Below are positions 1 through 12,767 of a DNA stretch of 64,000 bases, in pieces. Position numbers and translations under genes: made by a program. Each line of letters starts with the position of its first letter. Position 1 is the stretch's first letter. The notes under the pieces are model-generated. The model did not search any database, was not told the DNA's origin, and saw nothing but the letters and a program-made list of their open reading frames with translations. This stretch comes from Balanoglossus misakiensis (Eukaryota; Animalia; Hemichordata): assembly GCA_040954595.2 (NCBI GenBank), contig CM082577.2, positions 17,501,500 through 17,565,499 on the forward strand. Direction: 5' to 3'.

Positions 1-75
1 ATTTGACCCAGTGACTGACAACTTCTCCATCGATCATTCCCAAAATCTTCATTATGCCCAATAGGCACTTCATAA

Positions 76-570
76 TAGACAGGTTTGGCTACACGTTTGC
101 GTTTACATAAGACGTTCAGATATAGAAAGCATATGGCTTCATGTCAACTTCTGTTTGTGTGCCATGCGCACTCTGTATTCAAAATTTGAGCATGAACATC
201 GTTACACCGTGTCGCAGCACTGCAACTATAGTTTCAACCGTCGGGTGACCATACAAATTGATGACCACCTTTCACATACAATGACCAAAAAGAAACAAAT
301 CATGTTTGCATGTGTCACTATGAGATACCAAGCTAACAAGGCACACACATATTTCGTAGGTACATTGTAGTACCCCATGATTTTTTGCTGGCCAAAAATG
401 GGAATAACTTCTCACATTGGTTTCAAACGTCAAATCCCCTATTTCTATGTAAAAACGCAAAGCCAAATTACATGAACATCAATCTTTGCACAAAACTGGA
501 TGACGTCATCATAGAAATTTGTGACATTGTGTGTTCACGTTCAGGTAAAATGCGTAGCCTAACCAGTCTA
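76..570. mobile_element. MITE with 17-bp imperfect TIRs; partial second copy at ~50229-50405
   Basis: TAGACAGGTTTGGCTAC / GTAGCCTAACCAGTCTA match 15/17. Interior ~108-230 aligns with ~50287-50405. Confidence 0.6.
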
Positions 571-922
571 ATATTATGATTATTACTTGAACCTGAAATG
601 CCAGGGAGGCACACAGCTGATGCTCACCTGTGCAGCCAGCATCATGACAAGTCTATAAGCACACACACACACACTGTTACATGTTGTTGTCATCAACCTC
701 TATGAGCACACATCACAATCAGGCCATAGTCTCAAACCACACATTTACAGAAGCTGAACCTAAAACATGCATCACATGAGTACAGTACAGACAGTGTTCT
801 CCAGCCGAAATGAGACATGCCATATCACAGAATGAGACAATACATTACTTTGTGGGTACACACCACTAGAAATTCAACCTGTCACCTAAGATTTGTTGTC
901 CGTGAATCTACCATACACACAT

Positions 923-3900
923 CTATAGAATTTGGTTTTCATAACATTGAGTTAGATCTTGTAAGTTTTCCAGACTATGTGAGTAGTCATCCACTTCAAG
1001 TCCACTGTTCAAGTAATGATGGAATTTATTGATGTCTAGTTTCTTGCCCTCTGTATGCAGTGATGTCAGTAGATTTTCCATGCATGATGTTGATTGTAAT
1101 GCTGCCATCACAGGTATGCTTTCAACAGCTGAAAATACAAAACATACATTTATGAAAAATAACCCTTCCAAGGTTAGTACTTCACCCTGCACTACCACCC
1201 TGGTCTACACAACAAAACCTTTCAAGGCGTTATAACCATATTAACCCTAACGCTGCCAAGTTGGGTGAAACTGGTTTGGTTTCCAGGGTGCCTAGAATCC
1301 TGGCAACCAGGCCTGTTTAGGCTGCCAAGTGTGTGTTATTCAGTAGGGCCTATACAAGACCCTCAGACCAATACAGTGCAAACCAGTGCGATTTGGTACA
1401 TTTTACGGGGGGTTCAGACTGCCAAGTGTGTCTCAGTACGTATGAGAGCACTGTCAAGACAGTCAAAATATGTTTGAGAAGAAAAATAGCACATATATAT
1501 TTTAAGGGACTGGACATTCTAAACAGGTATGTCACCCAGCAGCATTAGGGTTAAATCCTTCCCCGTCATTTCCGGCACAATAAACCCAACACACTTATCT
1601 TGTACTACTACTAGAGGAATATACTCACCAGCTGTTGAAGGTCTATCTCCATCACATTGTAGACCATTTTTATTAATTTTTGCACTGAATAGATGTGGAT
1701 ATGGTGTTACAGTCTGACATGGTTGTTGTATGCACACACTTGAGCTGCAGTGACAAAATACAAACACAAACTTACAGTGGTGCTGTAACCAGAAAATAAG
1801 ATGTCTGTTCATAAAACTAGTCAAGATGACAACTGGAATTCCAGAAAAACAACACTTTCATTTCACAAAAAAAGTTGATCATGTCACCCTTGGTTTTATA
1901 TATGTGGGTACATGCATGCATGTTGCGATTAAAAATATGCAACTACATATACTCTGTTCTGGATGGATCCGATGGATTGATGTTTCTGGGTGATATTGAT
2001 TTTTAACACCGAAAATCCAACATTGTACAATTTTGCAAATGTTAAATCTGTGTGAATAAATGATTCAGAGAAGACAACAGCCTTCTTTATCCTGAACACT
2101 ACATTCAGGTAATCACACTGCTTCAACTGATCATACCTCTGTTGACATGTTCACATCTTGTGACAATAGAATTAATGATCAGTAACACAGACTTTGTCAA
2201 CATTTTTCAATTGATCTTTTTGAGTGCATTTTTCTCATTACTGTAATACCTTCCAACTTCAGTTCCCTGACAACACAACGTAATCTGCAGTGAACATGCA
2301 AAATAAGACACACATCATACTGGTCCTCCCCACTACACACAGGTGGATATGACTCATTTTCAAGGCTTTAGAGTGGCAGAAAATGCAGGCTTACTTGAGA
2401 GTTCCTGAAAAGACATCTGTTAAGTACATTCTTAGCATTTCATCTGTTGTTCTACAGGTGTGAAGTTGGTTATCACTGGGGATGTCCTCTTCAGTTGGTT
2501 GTCTGTCAAGAAATCAATGCATACAGTTATAATGGGAGTACGACAGAAAATGTTTAATAGTATCCAATGAACTTCTTTGTGTCAGATTGCTTTTATGACA
2601 ATGGAACAATATGCCTGTATATAAACATGTAAGTTGGAGAATACAAATATTGATACATTGATACATGTCAGAATGCAAAATTCTGTATGATTTGAAACAA
2701 TCATCCAACTTAGCATCTTGGACATTACCGTACTTGACCATGTATAATCCCATGCATGTGTCTAGATAGACCCATCAGACTCTTTTTTGAACATTTTGAA
2801 AATGATTTTCATCCCATTAAAAGCCAACAGACCTGATTTACAAACTGCTAAAATTCAAAACGGAAAATTGAATCTTGCGCAATCACTGTGCTGCTGAGGA
2901 CACGACCTAAGCGCAAACTCACAGACCATTCTATATTGTGTCCTGGAGTCTTGATTAAAAATATGAAAATGAACACTAAAAAATGAATCATAATTTGTTT
3001 TGGTACCATGTATTGTCAATAAAAGTAAACATTGTGCAACATTATTTCTAGTCTTGCCAATTCAGTTATAGATTCTGATAAAAAATCCAAATTCAAGACC
3101 TGGGCCATGATCACTGATTTTACTTTCATTTGAAGATGTTTTGGATAAATCCTTAGTGGGAGTTCCAGACTGGAATCTCCTGTGTTTAAAATATATGAAC
3201 TTTCAGGAATCTCAGTGCACATTTTAAGAGTTTAAAATAAAACTGTGGATATTTGCATATTTGTGATGTCACTGGTCAATGGTGCAAAAAATGCGTCCAT
3301 TTGATATGTATTTTCCTAAATTCTTGCACATTGAAAGAAAATCAACAAAACTATTAATTTTCATTGCTTTTGAAGATTCTTCTTAGTAACCACTGCCAAG
3401 CAATTTTAATGTTTCTGTAACACCTTAACAAAAGGACAAATGAGGCAATACTACTGGAAATTGTCTGATTATTATGAGTTGTGTAATCTTTAAAAGGAGA
3501 CTGGCAGAGGTAAATTAAAATTGAAGATCTGACTTGCCTTTTAAGGAGTCCCTTTGGTATTCCCCTCAAAGTGACAGTCTGAGCATAACAATTGAGTGGT
3601 GATGCTTGGCTACAGTATGGTGTCACTGACTGCCATGGAAACACATTTGTGTAATTGCTCAGCATATCAGCTAGTGTAGAGTTTTTGGACAGTGGGACTG
3701 GCATTGCTAGTGATAATGAGGCTGCCTGAAAAAGACAATTTTATATCTGAGATTAAAATTCATAAAGAATTCCACTACCAATTTGCACACTAGCATCAAA
3801 AATATATGCCAGCTAGTTCACAACTTTCATGCTCACAGACATGACATTTCTATCACTTTCACCAAAGAAAACTAAACTTTGACGCCAGTGTTGTGCACTC

Positions 3901-6900
3901 ATTCTTGATACAACATCTCTAAGGGTTATAACCACATCTCTGTGCAATTAGTGTCTGCAGCCAGTTTCATCACATTTGGTGACATAATATGCACATTTCA
4001 TTACATGTTCAAATAACTCGTAGAAACAACATGCCACAAGAATGTTTTAATCTATGTAGGAAGGAAACTAAAAGCTTGAAGTGATATCTTGTGTTACAAA
4101 ATGTTGACCAGCACACAATATATTGAATACATTACCTTTCTGCCCATAGCTGCTAAAGTATCTGTGATAGTATTCATTTGCACTGGGTTGTTTTCTAGTC
4201 TGTATGGTATAGTAGCAGTCTCTAAAGCCATGGCAAGAATTGCACTACTATGGTAGTCTATTGAAGCCTATATGTGGACAGAACAGATACAAACTTAATG
4301 ACTGCTCTCATACAGACTTGTAGCATGTAATGTATGTACTGTCTCACAGCCATCATAACATACCAGTTCAATTTAAACTACATAAAAAGCCCCATCAGCT
4401 GCCAATTGATAAAATACTTCAATTTTCTCTTTATCCTATGTTGTCAGACGATATTTTCTTTTAATTTGTGAAGTTTCCAGTATGCATGTGTGCATACCAC
4501 AATAGTTGTGTACTCTTGGTATAAACAGGTGTGAAGCCTGTTTATTTTTTAACTTGTTCATACATTGTATTTCTATACACAGCCACAATCAGAGGTTGAC
4601 AATATTTTTGAATTTACCCATTAGTTAGCACAATTACATTTAAAATGGATCATTCTAAGTTTGAAAATAAACTCAGGAAAATAATGAAACAATAGCAGCT
4701 ACGGGGGCTTTAATCAGGTATTTACAGAGTCGATCACTGATTCATGGCTGAATATACAGTCTGCATAAACCCTTAAATGGTGATCTTGAATACAATTCAT
4801 GGCCGAGAAACAAATGACTAGTAACAGAACTATACAGACGATACTTTGTGAAAGTTGACTTACATCATAAATAAGATTGGGGAAGTTAACAGCAGGTCCA
4901 GGTCTCCTCCATAATGTACTTGCCAGAGATAGAGGTACAAATAGTGAACTGTGGCTGCATAGTCTATCATAGGATAAAACACTATTGAGGATGCGTTGAC
5001 TGTCTTCTATTTGAGTCTGAAAATATTGATGATACACATGACAAATTATTCTTCAGAGATTTCATGCAATGTTTGAAAGGTCATTAATCATTTCAAAGTT
5101 TAACACCTTTCAACAGTCCATATTCCTTGCTATGATGTGTTTTGTCAGTTCCTTTTTGTTATTGTCATGTTTGCAGGGTTTTTGTTCTTCGCTGGTGCAA
5201 CATGAGACAAACCATATCAATTTCTTTTCTCCAGTTGCCATAGAAATACTAACCTATATGAAAGTGAGAAATTTGGCCCAAATAATCATGTTAAGGTCAG
5301 AACCCCCTTAGGGAGCATTTGCACTTAGTTTAGGGTAGCATGTCTGTTTTCCTCCAAAAATACACAACTTCTAGATTCAATGTAGTTTGGGAGTTTGCTA
5401 AATTTCATTAAACCAGATTTATATTCCATTAAACAAAATTCTGGCATCATGAATGTTCTCATGTTTCGGTATATTACAATGCATTAGAGGCATTCCATGT
5501 TGGCTTAGAGGGCATACCTCTCATCAATGGTTAAAGAATAACACGGCCGAGAGGAATGATATTTGAGAAATTTCACCATACACTTTGCGTATCGTGACTT
5601 CTTATGCATGGCTGCGGATGAGATGTGTTACAAAACACATGTTGACTGGCTTTTCGGGCAACAGCATACGTCTTTCCCACTTGGGGACACTGAGTCACTC
5701 CCCAAAAAAACAGTCCCACGGGTTACAGATGTATGCTGTTGCCCTCATGGCCAATATGTGTATCATTATGTGTATAATGTTGCCCGAGCATCATGTGTTA
5801 TTAACTTTGTTACACTGAAGAGATGTGTGAAAATTTGCTGTCACATAGCATCAGACCCAGATAATTTGGACTTTCATAAAATCATAACATGTGACAATAC
5901 ACACATTTGATGACAAAAAAACTTACACTGTCTGCAAAGTGGGATGGAGACACAGCCAGTGAAAACATAGTTTTACTGCTGAAGTCATCTTCAAGTTGTT
6001 CCAGCAATTTACATCCAAGACCAGAGAAACCATCGTTGGTGTCAAGCAAAAGTTGAAAGCCCTGTAAAATTAAAAAATATACATGAACATGATAAATGTC
6101 AATATAGATTATGTTAAATGACAGTGTGGTAAATAGACTGAGGAAGTATGGTCATATAAGCTTTTATAAAATAACCAGTATACTGCACAAACAAAAACTA
6201 CTGGTACTATAATAGAATCAGTTTTCATGCTCACTTAGCTGTTCATGTCTTCTTAGTGACACTAATGACTCTCATGAGTGCTGGAGGCGTGAGTGACTGT
6301 AACAAGTTGCACATTCTGGCTTGATATTAATTATTAATGAGATATGACGTCAGGGCAATGCGCTGACTAAAAGCAATCAGTCATTTCTATCACCATACAT
6401 ACTATGTGTAGACTGCATACATGCACACGTGCACACAAAGTTCGTTCTGGCAGCTCCTTTATGGGAACATGGCCAGCTAAAAATAAGTTTCATTGATTGA
6501 AAATTGATGGAGTTAGAGGTGTTAAGATAATTTGTAAAACATTGGAATCTGACAATCCATAGAAAATACAACAGATTCTGCATATTCAGCAGAAACCGTA
6601 CCAGCAGTAGCCACCAATGCAAATGTTGAATCCCTTGACATTCAGATTGACATGCCCCTTACCTGCAGCGAATCACATTCCTCTGTAAAGAATCGAATTC
6701 GATCATCAATGTCATCATTTGTCTTGCTAGTACTCATCACTTGTTGCCCATAGGTAAATGCATCAAATTTTTCTGAAATGCTGAAAATACATAAACAATT
6801 TCATCTCGTGAGAACAATGTAATGAATCTAAAAAAACTTACAAAGTCTCTAAGTATGTCATGTGAATGCAGATAATTAATTTTGAATTAGTTAACAAATG

Positions 6901-9900
6901 TCATTTATGTAGCCCTTGATTCTAAAAAATCGCGTCAAGGACACAGTGTTCCCATTGAGGGATTACACAAGAAAAAGTCTACACCAGAGTACATGGCCAT
7001 ATACAGACAGACACACACACACACATAGAGAGAGATCAATGGGCAAACACTGACTGACCCATAAGCTTCCAATGGCATTATGTAAGTTGTACATGCACTA
7101 AATAGAACAGCTGGTCTCTTTAAAACTTAGCCAGTTATGTAATCCTGCAGGAATTTGCTATGTATATAAATATCAGGAGGGGTTCCTACCTAATATTACA
7201 AAGAACTCAATAAAGTAAATACACACCACTTTGCAAAGCAATGTGACCAGTAGTTCTTGAGTTACTGAGTTTTGACCAAATTCACTTTTTTCCAGCTAAT
7301 TTGCATATTTTTGGCAAAGACAACTTCATTTGAACAAACTCCCATCTACAGCCCAGCCTGCATCTGCACACCAAATATCAAGGTGATACACGCAGCGGTT
7401 TTCAAGTTTTTGATGTGGACGGACATACATCCATCCATCCATCCATCCATCCATCCATACATACATACATACAGACGCAACTGATCCCATAAGGTCCCAT
7501 TGGTTAATACTATAAAAAATTGTCAGGGTTTTGATATCTCACTAACTCTCAAACTAGAAATGAAGGGGCAAAATGTTTATCTGAAGGTCTTTGAGTGAGG
7601 GAGCCTCACTTCCTGCAAACTCTACAGTAAATGTCACATGCCAACACTACAGAGTGGCTCACACATCAGGGTATAAGTGCTTGAATTCAAACCTTTTCAC
7701 CACAATGGTTTTGTCCAAATCCATTGTTTTCTAGGGTAGAGTTGGACATATATAAAATGAACTGGGGATGAAAAGGTTTAAAGGCCTTACTCAACAGTGG
7801 GCCAAATCTTTTGTTTCCAATACACAGTTACGTACTAACACAAAGGCTTTCTTGTTTGCCTCCATTGTACTGCCCCGGGATCGAGAAAATGGCCTTTAAG
7901 CAGAGTGAGACTAAAGGGCTGTACCTCAGTGTCTGATTGCATACTAATACAACATGTACTGTATGTTGCGGGAGGTGAATTCATCTTGTATACTTATTTA
8001 CCCGTTTTTTTGTAGCATAAAAAAACCTACATTACAATGCATGTCTTTCATTATGTCAATCACTACATTACTGCATACCTATCATGGCTGTATTCTCGTA
8101 TAATACTGCAAGTCTTTGGATGTAAGTGAATCCTGAGATAATCAGACCATACATTGACTTGATTGTCTAAATTATACATCTTCTTAGTCACATCTGGCAC
8201 TTCTTGTCTGTTTGAAGCGTCTACATCATCTGTATCTACAATATCAGCCTCTTCTTGGGATCCCTGGGAAGTCTCATCCACATCCACATCACCAGATCGG
8301 ATTTTCTGTCAACATAAAATGGTTCTACGATTATCAGAAAAGCAGAAGAAATCTATCACAGTGGCCATGTAATATATTCTAACAGGGGTGTGGCTCTTTA
8401 AATCCTCTCACCATAACCCCTTGATTAACACACCTTTTTTTGTAAAGAGGGCACCCTTGCACATTGTGTCATCTCCAAGTAGATGACTTGTAAACGAGGC
8501 CAGTAGGTCACAGAGTAAAACTGTATCGGCTTGTGTATCATCACTATTGTTGGGACAGACGTTCGACAACCACATTTTATTGTAAGGTAAGTTTTAAACA
8601 CAACTTGTATTATATATATACAACAAACCAGATGAGTTCGAGCAGTACTTTGTGCCTTTCTGGCCTTGTTTTTGTGTCGTCTGCTTGGAAATGACGCCAT
8701 GTTTTGGAAGGGCAACTTCTTCATGAAAAAGGTATGATATAGACTAGTTGAGCCAAGATGGCATGGAATTATATAATTTGGTCAAATCACTTTCATATTT
8801 ACACCTCATCTGTTGACGTTTCATACTGTAAATAAAATATTTGCACTATACATTTTACTTGTAAATGCTGTTTGATATGGATCACAATGATCCAATCTCT
8901 TTATATTAAATGATGAAAATGTTAAAAAAATATTAAATATGGTACAGTCAATTCTTCCTGGCAGTATGGTCTGTATTGACATCATTGTAAATATTAATTT
9001 GATCGAAATGACTAATTGGCTACTGTTTTCTTTACTTCTTCTGTTGAAAGTGGCATTTATTTATAAACTTGTTGAGTATTTTGATAATTATATGCATTTC
9101 TCAATCTTGCATCTTGTTGTATTTATTTCGGTTACATGGCTTCTTTCTGATTTTGTGATCACTCAAACAAATACTAAATAGCCATAAAAAGTGGTCATCA
9201 CATCGTATGTTTTATAGTCTTCTGATCTAAATGAAATGTCTAAATATAACCTGAAACTCCCAATAAGAAATCCCTATTGATTTTATAATTGTCAACAAAG
9301 TCCTCACATGGTTGCACATGTACATGTACTTGTTATTGTTTGGGCAATTAGACTCACCAAAGACTATGCATAAGCACAAACTCTGACACTGCTTTGCATG
9401 CTTGTACTTTTTCTCAGGGTGGTCATGAATATTCATGATGCACTTGACAGCTATATTATCAGACTGCACCAGTGTGGGTGTGTGAATCTACTGACTGTGC
9501 ATTTCATGTAACTTGTCAACTGGTTCTTGGACTGTTACCTGCTGGACATTGAACCACTGGACATATACACAAATCTTTGCCCTTCCAGCCTTCCCCCAAC
9601 TCTAACTTGTGAATGGCAAATGTTGAGACAGTCACAGATAGCAACTTGCCACAAAAGTGCAACTCTCAATTTTGGTCGCAGATACCCTCTTGAGGCACCT
9701 ATACAATAAATGCAGACCAACAAAAAGAACTATATTCCAAACTTGATTGGTGAAGATAATTAATTTATGAAGTAATTATTAATAATAGTAGTAGTAGTAG
9801 TCAGAATGCACACCAGGACAAGGTGCTGGCAAAACTGGACATCTGCTACTAATGATTGTAATCTGGTGTACTTTGGGAATCACTATACAACTTACATCCA

Positions 9901-12575
9901 CTTTCTCCAGATCAGCAAGGAATTCATTCTTAGGAACGGAGTCAGTCTTGTGTAATGTAACATCACTTGTCCTGTTTGAAAAGAAACAAATCTTCTTATT
10001 ATGGGGTATCAAAAATATTGTTGTAGTAGTGAAAAAAAAAACCTAGAAGACATGTATCAGATGTTGTCATGGATACAGAAAATTATAAGCCAGTAAGAAC
10101 TGCTTGTGAGTAAAATGTTCCGAAACATTTTGTCCATATGGAAAATAGGAAAACCTTTCCTTGTGCATTGTTTAAAATTGTTTATACATGTTCACTCTGT
10201 CAGCAAAAAATCAAAATGTTTACATCCTGGGTATTTTAACCATACAGTTATACTTTGGAGTCAGCCTGATATTAAGGATATCAATACAGGAGTTTGCTAC
10301 AATCAATTTTTGTTATTTTCTTAAATATCTAATATTACAATAAAGACAATCCTTAATTTTATTTTACAATGAAAGTGGAGTTCCGAGGTTTTATCACAAG
10401 AACACATTTCCAAGTGTTTGTGGATAAGATTACAAGTCGCTTGATCACCTAATAGCTCAAAATAAATGTTTGAATGAACTTTTGCATCTCGTGCAGGACA
10501 CACGATCCTGTCAAAAAGTGTTTTTTTTTTCCTTTTCAGAAAGAGCAATGAAATACATACAGATCTGCCGTTTATATTGTACTTAACTAACTACTTTATT
10601 AAACCTCTTATATGTACACATCAAATTACTAGTCTACATATATCACACAATACAGAAGACACAGAACTGCCAAATATGCTGAATATCAACAGAAAGTCCA
10701 AATACCACTTCAAGCCTTCCTCTTGGACCGGGGCATCATAGAGGACACCTTCAGGTCTCAATGTATTCAGACTTCCTTTCAGATCAATAGCAACTAATCT
10801 TGGAGTGTATGTCACCTCACCCTGTTGAGATGGAAAATAATTATATGTCTCAAACACTGAGTGACATCAGTTTTTAATTGTCTCCACCAATCATGCACAA
10901 TTCAAGTTACATTGTAATGACTGTCTCCACTGCATGGTGATTGGTTGAAAGGGATAGTAGTGGTAACTTTTGGTTTTATTTTCAGAATTTTGGTTCTGTG
11001 TAGCAACCAACTGCAATTTCTTGTTATGCCACAGGAATTTATTCAGGGAAAGTAGAGAAATTAATATGATAGAAACTGAATAAGTTTGCTGTCTGTCATC
11101 CTTTTTTTTTCTTCTTCTATCTTTCTCTTACCGATACACTCGGGCTGCCCTGCTCGCGCCAACAGCGTACTAATATACCCAGTATTCTGATTGCCAACAT
11201 AGTCTGTATGTGTCTTAAAGGTATACAGTCACCTCCAATTTACATATCGCCATATATAGTTGAAATGGCGTATTTGAGTGTTCTAAAGAACGCTTTATTT
11301 TCGCGTGTGCCACCCATTGAAAATCTGTGATTGGTTAGATCTCGATTTACCATGGTAACTGTGGCTAAATTTGTATAGGTGACCGTATACCTTTAAATGA
11401 CCATAGTTATTGTAGACAAATGAATTCTAGCACAGACTTGAATTCAAGTTATGCACACAGCATGATGTCATGTTTCAAGAAACTGCAGTAGGATACACAA
11501 AACAAAATACTGAAAACAATGAAATATGTCTTTAAATTTCAAGCTCTAATCTGACTAAGGAAGAGTCAATTTTCAAAATATAGAATAAATAAAATGGCAC
11601 TTAATAATGATTAAAAGGACAATTAGGTGAAGGGTAAACTGTGTTGTGGATAGATGAAACTTACAGCTAAAGTGAGTCCTTCCCTGAAAAGTATGTTGGA
11701 ATTGATGTCCTTGAGTACTTCTGTAGAGCTAACCGGGTCATAGCAAAAGGCAGACTCCTGAAAATACAATCAAATGAAGTGTCAATGACAAAGAAATCCG
11801 ATTTGGCATATACTACATCATACATGTACAAGTCTCACAGCTGGGATTACTACATCTGGCATCTATGGCCTTATCGTTTCTCGCAACAAATGATGTCCTG
11901 CCACAGTGCTTAAAGCCTCTAAAGCCTTGAGGTCAAGACAAAGGTTCCTGTACGTGCACAATAATGTTCATGTACTAGGTGATTACAGTGCTTTGGAATC
12001 AACACATCGCTCCTTGAAGTGTATAGGAAATTAATTAATATTGTCATCTGAGTTATTCCATGTGAATGGATATCTCAATTGCCAATCCGATGGCTGTTGA
12101 ATGCAATGTTTATAATTGCACACTCTGATTATATTATTGATAAATGTCCGATTCCCTTTTGTATTAAACAGCATGACTAAGTGATATTAAGGCATATCCA
12201 TGCTGAAAAAAATACATTAAGAAGATGGGCGTGGTCGATCGTCAATATGCCCATTATTTCAGCATCGTCATTTGTGATCGCTACACAAAGTGATGGGTTC
12301 TACCGTATGGTCACTATTTCGTGAAGATTTTTATTTAGAATTAAAAGAATTTCGGTATTAATCACAGTGCACTTTTCCAATTTGTCGTCCTATGTGTTCG
12401 ATGACAACTCTCAAGATGCATGTGATGTTGTGCACTGAGCCGGGGCACTGAGACGATTGTCGCCGCGACGGCCTCTCCCGTTTTTTTCACTCACCTGTAT
12501 ATTCCACCAATGTGTACCAACAAAATTAGAAAAATGACCACATTGCAAAGTTATAATTTCCCTGTAGCTGCTCAT
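923..12575 (-). CDS. MSTO1: Protein misato homolog 1 (tubulin/FtsZ-like; mitochondrial distribution and fusion), 13 coding exons, ~582 aa
   Basis: Exons (minus strand): 12575-12495, 11757-11665, 10821-10706, 9971-9896, 8305-8079, 6780-6663, 6061-5927, 5016-4864, 4267-4136, 3725-3538, 2502-2395, 1744-1629, 1128-923. Phases are consistent and total 1749 nt. Misato motifs: REIITLQCGHFSNFVGTHWWNIQ, YTPRLVAIDLKGSL, VWSDYLRIHLHP, RFFTEECDSLQGFQ, YHSSAILA, PYPHLFS, VESIPV. Confidence 0.95.
1245..1550. mobile_element. piggyBac-type MITE (TTAA-CCCTAA...TTAGGG-TTAA) in MSTO1 intron 12
   Basis: TTAA flanks, TIR CCCTAA(C/T)GCTGC, internal CTGCCAAG repeats; inverted partial copy at 48497-48724. Confidence 0.8.
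2503..3537 (-). other. GC-AG intron (intron 10) of MSTO1
   Basis: Donor AAG|GCAAGT on the minus strand at 3537. The phase-2 junction keeps the next exon (QLHTCRTTDEMLRMYL) in frame, whereas the nearby GT donor (phase 0) hits TGA after 3 codons. Confidence 0.85.
11219..11392. mobile_element. Kolobok-like MITE with TTAA TSD
   Basis: TTAA-AGGTATACAGTCACCT ... AGGTGACCGTATACCT-TTAA. Confidence 0.7.
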
Positions 12576-12767
12576 AGTTGCCACTTTAATGCCACAAACA
12601 AGAATGATGCATGTAGAGTAAAACAGTCTAGTCACATTTGCCTCAGTGAGCAGATTGACCCAGTTTGACCTCTGATGTCACTTCCGGAAATCCCGAGTCT
12701 ACGAAAGGAAGATGATTACAAATAGTCGTACCTTCTCCCGTCGTTGTCATTAATAATTTCCTGGAGT
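12576..12767. promoter_or_regulatory. Bidirectional promoter shared by MSTO1 and ARL16
   Basis: Divergent ATGs are 192 bp apart. Contains ETS-type CACTTCCGGAAAT (~12679-12691), CRE-like TGATGTCA (12673-12680) and a DR4 TGACCC-agtt-TGACCT (12656-12671). Confidence 0.75.
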
